Shown here: piece after piece, positions 7,616 to 16,090 of the stretch | Layout of the letters: every line of letters starts with the position of its first letter | Position numbering within the stretch: position 1 is the first letter of the stretch | From: a virus | Lineage: Duplodnaviria > Caudoviricetes | Reading direction: 5' to 3' (one strand) | IMG/VR virus record: IMGVR_UViG_3300020460_000052 | Location: 1-24,686 of that record | Length of the DNA: 24,686 bases | Position numbers and translations under genes: made by a program | The notes under the pieces: generated by a model | Database searches by the model: none | Told to the model about the DNA's origin: nothing | What the model saw: the letters and a program-made list of their open reading frames with translations, nothing else

Positions 7616-9239
7616 TGCGAAACAAGATAATCAACAACCTGCTGAATCTAAAAGTGGCGTTGTTATTACGAATTACAAAAACGAAAAAATTGAATTAGAT
7701 TCTAGTGTTGTAATTGATTTTGCCATACACGAATCTTTAAATGATAATGTTATTCATGGTGAAATAACAATACTTGATATCGGTGGTTTTGAAGAACGAG
7801 TACCAATTATAGGACAAGAGAGAATAAACATTAGATTTGGATCAAAAGATTTGAATAATGTTCCGATACAGAATAAACATTTTGTCATTTATAACATGTC
7901 TCCAAAACTAATTGATGAGAGCAGAAAACAGGCCTATGTATTGTATTTTGTTTCGGAAGAGTATATTGCTAACTTAAAATTTAAAGTGTCACGTTCATAT
8001 AAAGATTTTGGATATGAAATAGTAAGTGACATATATCACGAATTTATCAAATCACGAGTAACTTTTCAAAAACCTTTATTTGGATATGAGAAAGATAATA
8101 GCGACTCTACACTTTTTCAAATGCAAATGGTCATGGGTATGTTTAGACCTTTTGAATGTATTAATCTTGTTGCTAAAAAATCAGTGTCTGGTAGAGGATC
8201 GACTATTGGAGCGAAATTTCTTTTCTATGAAAATAAAGATGGCTTCAATTTTAAAACACTCGATACTCTCATGCAACCAAAAACATCTGTACAGGATCTT
8301 GAAACATATGAAGGGGAATCAACATTAGCAAATGTAAATAAATCAAAGCAATTGCAATTTGAAGAAAATCCAATTGTTGACAAATATATCTTGATGCCAG
8401 CAAATGCCATGTCAGAGGGTGATATTTTTGATTTGTCTTCCGAATCAAATATCATTACGTCATTCAAATTTGAATCGACTTTTAATGTTGTAGCAAATTT
8501 AGTAGGTGGCATGTATAATTCTAGATTATTAACTTACGATCCAATCACTATGAGAGTTGGAGCAATCGACAATGAAGGAGCATACGCATCTACATCTGGA
8601 TCAACCAAGGCAACAAGAAAATCAAGTGTAAGACAAAAATTTTATGATTTTGATTATTTGCGAAGATTCAATCAATTTACACATAATTTTGGATCTGCAA
8701 ATCCAATCATTACTAAAAAACATTTTGCATATGGAAGCCCAGAAGCCAGTTACAAATATATGACCACAAACTTTGAAAGAGATGCGAGAAAACAAGTAAA
8801 AATTTTATCAAAGGATATGGGTCAGGAAACAAATTATGATTTTCAAACTGAGAGATGGTTGTTACCAAATAACTCGAAAAATAGACAAATGAAAAATATA
8901 GTTCTTTCAATTAGAGTACCTGGAAATCATACAAGAACTGTTGGTGATATAGTAAATATCGATTTGCCGTCATCACATTTTGCAAACGAAAAGCATAGAT
9001 ATTATTCTGGAAATTATTTGATTACGGAATTAAGTCATAAAATTGTTGGAGATTCTTATTATATGGATATGAAATTAGTTAAGGATAATTTGTCTGAAAA
9101 ATTAGAAAATTTAGAAGATCTGTATGGAGTGACCAATCAGGAAATGTTAGATGCTGGTGCCGATCAATCTTTTCTAGATGCACTTGTAGCGGACGATAAT
9201 ACATGGAATGAAGATGAAGCAGGTGAAGAAGACTATTAA
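7608..9239 (+). CDS. Baseplate hub protein (gp27-like)
   Basis: IHESL...GEITILD, PIIGQERI, KVSRSY, FLFYENKDGFNFKTLD and a C-terminal VPGNHTRTVGDIVNI...YSGNYLITELSH, which is typical of gp27/gpD hub folds. Lies between gp53 and gp5. Confidence 0.72.
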   Translation: MADAKQDNQQPAESKSGVVITNYKNEKIELDSSVVIDFAIHESLNDNVIHGEITILDIGGFEERVPIIGQERINIRFGSKDLNNVPIQNKHFVIYNMSPKLIDESRKQAYVLYFVSEEYIANLKFKVSRSYKDFGYEIVSDIYHEFIKSRVTFQKPLFGYEKDNSDSTLFQMQMVMGMFRPFECINLVAKKSVSGRGSTIGAKFLFYENKDGFNFKTLDTLMQPKTSVQDLETYEGESTLANVNKSKQLQFEENPIVDKYILMPANAMSEGDIFDLSSESNIITSFKFESTFNVVANLVGGMYNSRLLTYDPITMRVGAIDNEGAYASTSGSTKATRKSSVRQKFYDFDYLRRFNQFTHNFGSANPIITKKHFAYGSPEASYKYMTTNFERDARKQVKILSKDMGQETNYDFQTERWLLPNNSKNRQMKNIVLSIRVPGNHTRTVGDIVNIDLPSSHFANEKHRYYSGNYLITELSHKIVGDSYYMDMKLVKDNLSEKLENLEDLYGVTNQEMLDAGADQSFLDALVADDNTWNEDEAGEEDY

Positions 9240-9248
9240 GGAGTATAA

Positions 9249-10184
9249 ATGTTAGACTACACACAATTTAAAACTGCCGTGCCATTAGAAGAAAAACTTA
9301 TTGTCTATGGTGGCGGTAAAAAATATGGACAAATTGTTTTTCTCGCTGGAGGTGCAGGATCTGGTAAAGGATTTGCTTCAGAGAAATTCATGCAAAAAGA
9401 ACTATTTAAGGTTCGTGATGTTGATGAATGGAAGAAAGCATTCATAAAATTGTCTTCAACGATGAAAAGATATTCTGAACTTAAAGGTTTGAATTTAAGA
9501 AATCCTGATGATGTATTCAAGTTACACATGGCAGTTAAGAAGATGGGTATAAAAGGTAGAAGTCTTCAATTGCTTTTGAGAGATGTAAGACCTGACAGAC
9601 TGCCTAACATCATGTTTGACATAACATTCAAAGATACTGATGAGATTAACGAAGCAATGCCTATGTTGTTGAGAGCAGGGTATCAACCTAGAGATATTCA
9701 TATCACATGGGTTCTTACAAACTATCACATTGCAGTCAAGCAAAACAAAGAACGAGATAGAGTAGTACCTGATGATATTATGATTGCTACGCATACAGGT
9801 GCCGCCACATCAATGTACAATGTAATTCAAGGTAATCTACCAAGAGGTGTTGATGGACAAGTGAATGTTGTGCTTAACAATAAAAATAACACAATTAAAT
9901 TTAAGAGTAGCGAATTTACAAGTGATAAAAAAATTGAAAATGTACAAGACTTTGAGTATTTCAGGCTCAAGCGAGAAGGTCAACCTATCGATACTTCTGA
10001 AAAAGCAATTCATAAAGTAATGACATGGGTGAAGAGTAACATACCTAGAAATAGAAAACTCATAGATCTTTTCAGAGATAAAGAAGGTATCATAGTTAAA
10101 GAACCTACGAAAGCAACAAGAGACCGAAGTGAAGTTGAAAAGTTCGGTGTCGGCAGAAGAATTAAACAGAGACTTAGTGCCTAA
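9249..10184 (+). CDS. P-loop kinase, zeta-toxin/AAA_33-like
   Basis: Walker A IVFLAGGAGSGKG, followed by VRDVDEW, a Walker-B-like NIMFDIT and a lid-like QNKERDRVVP. Strong Shine-Dalgarno TAAGGAG. Confidence 0.75.
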   Translation: MLDYTQFKTAVPLEEKLIVYGGGKKYGQIVFLAGGAGSGKGFASEKFMQKELFKVRDVDEWKKAFIKLSSTMKRYSELKGLNLRNPDDVFKLHMAVKKMGIKGRSLQLLLRDVRPDRLPNIMFDITFKDTDEINEAMPMLLRAGYQPRDIHITWVLTNYHIAVKQNKERDRVVPDDIMIATHTGAATSMYNVIQGNLPRGVDGQVNVVLNNKNNTIKFKSSEFTSDKKIENVQDFEYFRLKREGQPIDTSEKAIHKVMTWVKSNIPRNRKLIDLFRDKEGIIVKEPTKATRDRSEVEKFGVGRRIKQRLSA

Positions 10185-12295
10185 TGGAAAATTTTGCTCA
10201 AGCATTTAAAGAATTTGATGCCCAATCTTTTATGGGTAAAAATGGTTTTGTATGGTTCTACGGTGTTGTAGAAGACCGTCATGATCCGTTATATCTTGGT
10301 CGTGTAAAAGTTAGATGTATTGGTTGGCATACTGATGATAAAACTCCTGGCTCTGGCATACCTACAGAAGATTTGCCTTGGGCAGATGTAATCAATCCAA
10401 TAACTTCTGCTTCTATGTCAGGCATTGGACGATCTCCTACAGGTATGGTTCCTGGTACACATGTATTTGGATTTTTTAGAGATGCGAATGAAGCACAAGA
10501 ACCTGTCGTGCTTGGTACGTTAAATGGTATTCCTGAAAGATTGTCAAATCCAGAAAGAGGTTTTTTTGATCCAAGAACACCTGAACAAAGAGAGCAAGAT
10601 CCTTTTCCTCCTCTTTTTATAGAAAGAACAAGATCACCTGAGAAGACAAAGATAATAAACCATTTTCCAGTGTTTTCGCAAAATATTAAAGACGGTACAA
10701 AATTACATGAAATACATGGCGCAAGTTCATGGGCAAAACATAAATCGTTTTTAGAATTATCAAGAGATGATATATCACAAAAAGCAGAAATTGTCATCAA
10801 AGGTTTAAGAAAACCAATCAATACAAACGATTATACAACTGCATATGTTCCTGCAAATAACGAAAATGTAAGACTAGGATCTTATATCAATTTTTCTGCA
10901 CACCCAAATGAGAATAGAACATCATTTAATGAAGATGGTTTTTTAGAATACAGTTTACCAACAACGAATATTCTCGCATCTGCAAAACAAAAACATAAAG
11001 ACAAATTCATAGATCAAAAAAATCCATTCACAAGTGTTATATTTAGAACTCATCGAATTAATCAAGAACTAGAAGATTATAGAGTTGCGTTACATTCAAA
11101 TATTGAGACCACAAACCCTGACAAAAAAATCAGTCAACCTGGAAGCACAGGAACTTTAGGTGAGCCATCTTATCCATTTAATCATGTGACTTATTCTGAA
11201 AGCGGACATCTTTTTGAAATGGATGATACTCCAAATAAAGAACGTGTGAGACTTATGCATCGTTCAACATCATACTTGGAATTTTTACAAGACGGAGATA
11301 GGGTTGACAATACTGTAGGTGAAAAGTTTGATATGGTTGATTCTAATATTAACACTCATGCTTTAGGTAATTCATTTACAAATATAAATGGGTTTTATGA
11401 TTTATTTGTGAACGGTAGTGTTAAGACGGTATCGCCTAGTCCGTATGACAGTACCGCTACGAGTGCATATAATGTTAAAATAGGATCAGGTAATGCCACA
11501 GTTGCAACTGTTGATGGAGACATCAATATTGTTGCTGGTGGTAATGGTCGTGTAATATTAAAAGGTTCAGACATTGTTTACACATCAGGTGATGGTAAAC
11601 CAATAGATCAAAAAACTTTTGGATTAGATAATCAAAATCTCAAAGGTTTTAGTATGGGTCAAGTAGATTTGAGATCTAAATCTATGAATTATAAATCTGA
11701 AGGTGCAATACAGATGAATTCTTCAAATCACAATATTGTGACAGGAGATTATACAATTAATGCGAATAAATCTATTAAAATGTCTGCGACATTTGGATCA
11801 AAAGAAACTATAAATGGATTACTCACGTTTGGTTTTCCTGGAGAATTTAACATAGGTAAACAAGTTAATATTCTTGGCGGTAAGATGGAAGTCAATTCTA
11901 TAAATCCATTAGGAGGTTTCGATGTAAATGTAGGTCCTGCAGGCTCACTTACTTCATCGTCTATGAATGCATTAGGTTTTGATTTATCAACATTAGGAAA
12001 ATATAAATTAGGTGCGAAAGTTGCAATTGACATGCACTCAATGGGTCCAATATCAATTGTATCAGATTTACCTATGGGTATATTGTTAGAAAACCTGTTA
12101 GGTACTATTAATATACAAGCAACAGGAAAAATAGCAATTGAAAATAAAATAGGCTCTTTAGGTGCTATATTGGATGAATTAATGCAAGCATTATTGCAAT
12201 TAAATGTTCCTACTGGTGTAGGTCCTAGTGGTACCCCAATTAACGCTCCTGCATTAACCGCAGTTCAAACAAAATTAAAGGCATTATTAGCATGA
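10184..12295 (+). CDS. 5: Baseplate central spike (gp5-like), no recognisable lysozyme domain
   Basis: OB-fold motifs WFYGVVEDRHDPLYLGRVKVRCIGWHT, PTEDLPWA and VFGFFRD...QEPVVLG, then YPFNHV..SESGH.FE.DDTP..ER....HRS, followed by a beta-helix-like region. Confidence 0.92.
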   Translation: MENFAQAFKEFDAQSFMGKNGFVWFYGVVEDRHDPLYLGRVKVRCIGWHTDDKTPGSGIPTEDLPWADVINPITSASMSGIGRSPTGMVPGTHVFGFFRDANEAQEPVVLGTLNGIPERLSNPERGFFDPRTPEQREQDPFPPLFIERTRSPEKTKIINHFPVFSQNIKDGTKLHEIHGASSWAKHKSFLELSRDDISQKAEIVIKGLRKPINTNDYTTAYVPANNENVRLGSYINFSAHPNENRTSFNEDGFLEYSLPTTNILASAKQKHKDKFIDQKNPFTSVIFRTHRINQELEDYRVALHSNIETTNPDKKISQPGSTGTLGEPSYPFNHVTYSESGHLFEMDDTPNKERVRLMHRSTSYLEFLQDGDRVDNTVGEKFDMVDSNINTHALGNSFTNINGFYDLFVNGSVKTVSPSPYDSTATSAYNVKIGSGNATVATVDGDINIVAGGNGRVILKGSDIVYTSGDGKPIDQKTFGLDNQNLKGFSMGQVDLRSKSMNYKSEGAIQMNSSNHNIVTGDYTINANKSIKMSATFGSKETINGLLTFGFPGEFNIGKQVNILGGKMEVNSINPLGGFDVNVGPAGSLTSSSMNALGFDLSTLGKYKLGAKVAIDMHSMGPISIVSDLPMGILLENLLGTINIQATGKIAIENKIGSLGAILDELMQALLQLNVPTGVGPSGTPINAPALTAVQTKLKALLA

Positions 12296-12450
12296 CAGAA
12301 GATGTAATATTCGAAGAACAAAAAATCAGAAATCATAAATTGGAAAATGTTTTACAAAAAACATTAGATTTTAATATTCAATATTTGGATTTCTTAGAGA
12401 ATAAGTTAAAAGAAATGAGACAAAAAAGAGATGAGTTAAAAAATGGCTGA
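12292..12450 (+). CDS. Small coiled-coil hypothetical protein (52 aa)
   Basis: Not in the ORF track. MTEDVIFEEQKIRNHKLENVLQKTLDFNIQYLDFLENKLKEMRQKRDELKNG*. It overlaps the gp5 stop (ATGA), overlaps the next gene's start by 8 nt and fills the gap exactly. Confidence 0.75.
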   Translation: MTEDVIFEEQKIRNHKLENVLQKTLDFNIQYLDFLENKLKEMRQKRDELKNG

Positions 12451-15400
12451 AGCACCTGTAGAATTTGATCAGAAAAAATTATTTGATCAGAGTGATCCTT
12501 TGCTAAATGCAGTATTAACAAATATTGCAACTTTTGCAAGTGATGTTTCTGGTGGACTTGGTACGTTAGTTGAATTTTTAAATCTGACTAAAATTTATTT
12601 GAAAGCAATTGCTGATCCAATAGCATTAATTTTAATACCTGCGATAGATCAACTCATCGAAGCAATTGAAGATCTAAAAAATATTGGGTTTGGAACCTTG
12701 TCTGTATGGCCATGGGAAACAGGAAAAGTTGAAAGTGGAATTGATTCGACAAAAGCACTTGAAGCAATACAATCACTTATTGTTGCGTTGAATCAAATTA
12801 ATCCTGACAATTTAAAATGGAATCCTAGAACAAATCAATTTCAATCTGTAACCGTTTTAGGTGACAGAGATGATTTGCAACAACAAGGAGCAGGATTTTT
12901 AGACTCACAACCATTTGGTTTTTCTGCTTTTGAACAGGTATCAATCTCAACAGACGAAGAGGGTCGAACTGTTGAAGCAAAAAATTTAGACAAAACATTC
13001 ATTAACAATACTTTAAATACCATTTACAATTATTTAAATCCAAAAGAATGGGAAGAGGGTGATGATGCAACAAAACGTTTTATCAATACATTAAACGAAT
13101 CATTTCAAATAAGAACACTTACACCTTCGCAATTTGTTTCGGAAGTTAGTAGTTCTTTTGATGATACAAATGATCCAGCAAGACCTGTTGGTAGCGGTGA
13201 TTATATAGCGTTTGTAGGGTTTTTTGCATTACCTACGCATCACGCTTTGAGAGATATGATTAATTCACTTCTTAAATTCTTTGCAAATTTTTTGAGAAAC
13301 ATACCTGATCTTCAAGACGATAAGGTTACAGATATTGAATTAGGACATCCATTAGTAATTCCAGGATTAGAGACTGATTTACTTTTAGAAACATACGATG
13401 CTATGGAGGCGGCAGATAGTGAATTAGTAGATGTTGCTAATGAACTTTCTGATGCACAAGAGGCCGAGGCCATAGCCGCAGTAACATCACTATACGGAGT
13501 TAATTCTGATAATATAAAAAAATATAACTCGATCTTAAAAACATCAAGAGAACGATATAAAAATGAATTTAAAAGAAGATGGGATTTAGCAAGTCAAATA
13601 AATGAATTACAAAAACAATTATTAACTTCACCAGATACAATATCAATAGAACAAGAAATTGCTCGTTTATCAGACTTAGCAACAAAGGCGGCCGAAAATA
13701 TTAGAGTTGAAATAATTACACAACAAGAATACGGAAGACAGTTGGCAAATGCTACTGCCGAGGCAAATAATTTACAATCCGATTTTAACGACAAAGAAGA
13801 AAAGACAAAGCAAATTCAAGCAAAAAGAAATGCGTTAGAAAAAAAGAGAAACAATATTAGTCTTGATACAACTGTTTTGCAGGAAAAATTCTATACCTTA
13901 GATAATACATCGATGAGAGATCTGTCCGCAATAACAGAAGAAAAAATATTTACACCTAAAAATAATACCCATAATGGTGTGACAATACCGATGTTTGAAG
14001 AGGGTGCATTAATTCAACAAGGACACGTATTTAATGATTTTACCGCAGAAGTTGTCAGGCATGTAGAGATACGAGTTAAAGACGGACAAGTAATTAGTAA
14101 TAAATTAAAGGTCAGGAAAGTTAGAGGAAATATTAAACATAATACAAGTTCACCTATGCAACAAATAAATGTTCCTCCAATTATTGCATTAGATGGAAAA
14201 CAATTGGATTCGTTTGGAATTTTGAAAACAGGTCAAGGTATTCAAGGAGCAAAAGATGCTTTAAATTTTCCTATGTTTGCGCCGACTAATCCTGACGTGC
14301 CTCAATTACAACCTGCTTTAAAATTTAAAGCAACTATGGAAACAGGTAGTAATATTTTACGAACCGTATTACCAGTTAATGATGAATTGATAAAATACAA
14401 CTCTACAGGTTCTGCACAAGATGATCCTTTGACCGTCACCGATATCTATACCGATCAAAATTTGATTGGTAAATTATCCTTTCAAGTTACGATGGAAAAT
14501 TTTGTTGAAAATCTTACGATTGGATCACCAATCACGCATAATTTTTTAGTTACGTCTTCTGTATCCGAAGTAGATATTCCTGTAAATCCTTTTGACAGAT
14601 TAGGGTGGTCATTATTTCCTGGCATGGGACTAACGCCATGCATCAAAAAAGTTTTGATAGATGGAAAAGAACTGAAAAAACAAGACATAAAAACACAATT
14701 ATTTAAAACTAGGAAAAAAACTTCATCTTCAAAAGACGTTGAATATGAAAGTATGAATGAAATAACAATAGAAATTGGAAGAGTAACGAAGTCTGGTGAA
14801 ATAGAGTCATATGACACAAAGAATGTAATAATACCAAATAAAATTGTTAATAATGCATTTCTTGATGTGCCTTTGACTTTGCATAAAATATCTGGCACTA
14901 GATCGAGCATACCAAATTGGAAGTTTACACGAATACAAGATATCTTTCCGGTGTATGGAAGAGTTTTAGATCGAATAGTAGATAAATTAGAATTTGCAAA
15001 AGATTTGGCATCTGGTTCATTAGATGACATAGACAAATGGATACAATATTTTGAGGATCTTGTACGAGATTTAAAAACTTTAAACAAAGAAATTCAAACT
15101 TTATTACAATTTTTAGCATCAGGGTTGGATAAACAGGGTTTATATTTTGCAAGTTTTTCTGGTAATGATGGTGTCAATGGGTTTAAAAGAAAACTTTCTA
15201 GTGCAAAAATAAAAAACGTCAATCTTGAACCGATCAAAGAATTTTCTCTTGAACCTGTCGTAGTAAACAGAATTGGGGGTGATGGTGAAACGGTTCAAGC
15301 AGAAGTATTAAAACTTGTACAAAAAGAAGATCCTGAAAGCGTGGGCGAACAATTGATCGATTGGTCTGATCTCGACTCTTTAAAATATAGTGGAGGATTT

Positions 15401-16090
15401 GTTTTTTATGCACAAGGAAACGATACTAAACTTTTAGAGAAATTTTTATTAACAAGTGGTTTAAAGAAAGCGGAAGACAAAGAAAATCCTAAACCAGAAG
15501 TAACAGCCACAGACGGTGACGATATAGATTTTAATGTAGTGAATTCTTTACTTGAAAAAGTACAACCAGAGGTTGATAAGATTGAAATAGAGCAAACAGG
15601 ATTCATTAACGATACTGTTTTTGTACAGGCAGATGGTGCCGAACTTGTTAGAAAAAACACACAAATAAAAATTACATTTAAAAATGATAGTATATCTTTG
15701 ACTGAGGAAGAAAAACAAACAATAAGAAATGCTAAAGGTAATGATTTTATTTTCGATGTCGATATAAATTATGGATCAATAATTGCATCAAGTGGAAATG
15801 TTGATGAAGGAAACGTTATATTATCAAATGATAATTTTGAAACTGCAACACCATTAAATTATTCGGTACAACCAATTAGAGAAACTATAACTGTAAACGA
15901 ACAAGAGATAGACGTAGTAAAATCAGTTATAGTTAAGCCTCAAAATAAACTGGAAGCAAAAACAAACTTTAAATTAAAAGTAAAAAAATCCATATTAAAT
16001 AATAGTAATCAACAACTCAAAGAAGAGTTTGTGATGACTTTAGGATTTACAACAACATCAACTACAATAATTGATATCGGATTACTATAA
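12443..16090 (+). CDS. Large hypothetical virion-associated protein with helical modules, a coiled coil and a C-terminal Ig-like (Big_5/SbsA-like) domain
   Basis: 1215-aa ORF, translationally coupled within the baseplate operon. Coiled coil at about aa 315-480. C-terminal IKITFKN...VIVKPQNKLEAKTNFKLKVKKSI...GFTT resembles Big_5. Confidence 0.6.
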   Translation: MAEAPVEFDQKKLFDQSDPLLNAVLTNIATFASDVSGGLGTLVEFLNLTKIYLKAIADPIALILIPAIDQLIEAIEDLKNIGFGTLSVWPWETGKVESGIDSTKALEAIQSLIVALNQINPDNLKWNPRTNQFQSVTVLGDRDDLQQQGAGFLDSQPFGFSAFEQVSISTDEEGRTVEAKNLDKTFINNTLNTIYNYLNPKEWEEGDDATKRFINTLNESFQIRTLTPSQFVSEVSSSFDDTNDPARPVGSGDYIAFVGFFALPTHHALRDMINSLLKFFANFLRNIPDLQDDKVTDIELGHPLVIPGLETDLLLETYDAMEAADSELVDVANELSDAQEAEAIAAVTSLYGVNSDNIKKYNSILKTSRERYKNEFKRRWDLASQINELQKQLLTSPDTISIEQEIARLSDLATKAAENIRVEIITQQEYGRQLANATAEANNLQSDFNDKEEKTKQIQAKRNALEKKRNNISLDTTVLQEKFYTLDNTSMRDLSAITEEKIFTPKNNTHNGVTIPMFEEGALIQQGHVFNDFTAEVVRHVEIRVKDGQVISNKLKVRKVRGNIKHNTSSPMQQINVPPIIALDGKQLDSFGILKTGQGIQGAKDALNFPMFAPTNPDVPQLQPALKFKATMETGSNILRTVLPVNDELIKYNSTGSAQDDPLTVTDIYTDQNLIGKLSFQVTMENFVENLTIGSPITHNFLVTSSVSEVDIPVNPFDRLGWSLFPGMGLTPCIKKVLIDGKELKKQDIKTQLFKTRKKTSSSKDVEYESMNEITIEIGRVTKSGEIESYDTKNVIIPNKIVNNAFLDVPLTLHKISGTRSSIPNWKFTRIQDIFPVYGRVLDRIVDKLEFAKDLASGSLDDIDKWIQYFEDLVRDLKTLNKEIQTLLQFLASGLDKQGLYFASFSGNDGVNGFKRKLSSAKIKNVNLEPIKEFSLEPVVVNRIGGDGETVQAEVLKLVQKEDPESVGEQLIDWSDLDSLKYSGGFVFYAQGNDTKLLEKFLLTSGLKKAEDKENPKPEVTATDGDDIDFNVVNSLLEKVQPEVDKIEIEQTGFINDTVFVQADGAELVRKNTQIKITFKNDSISLTEEEKQTIRNAKGNDFIFDVDINYGSIIASSGNVDEGNVILSNDNFETATPLNYSVQPIRETITVNEQEIDVVKSVIVKPQNKLEAKTNFKLKVKKSILNNSNQQLKEEFVMTLGFTTTSTTIIDIGLL

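Noticed and set aside
9244-9251. TATAAATG late-promoter-like motif at the kinase start
   Set aside because: It overlaps the start codon and lies downstream of the Shine-Dalgarno, so it cannot drive this gene. Likely a chance match.
10279-10821. 180-aa minus-strand ORF inside gp5
   Set aside because: Antisense shadow of the conserved gp5 N-terminus with no independent protein features.
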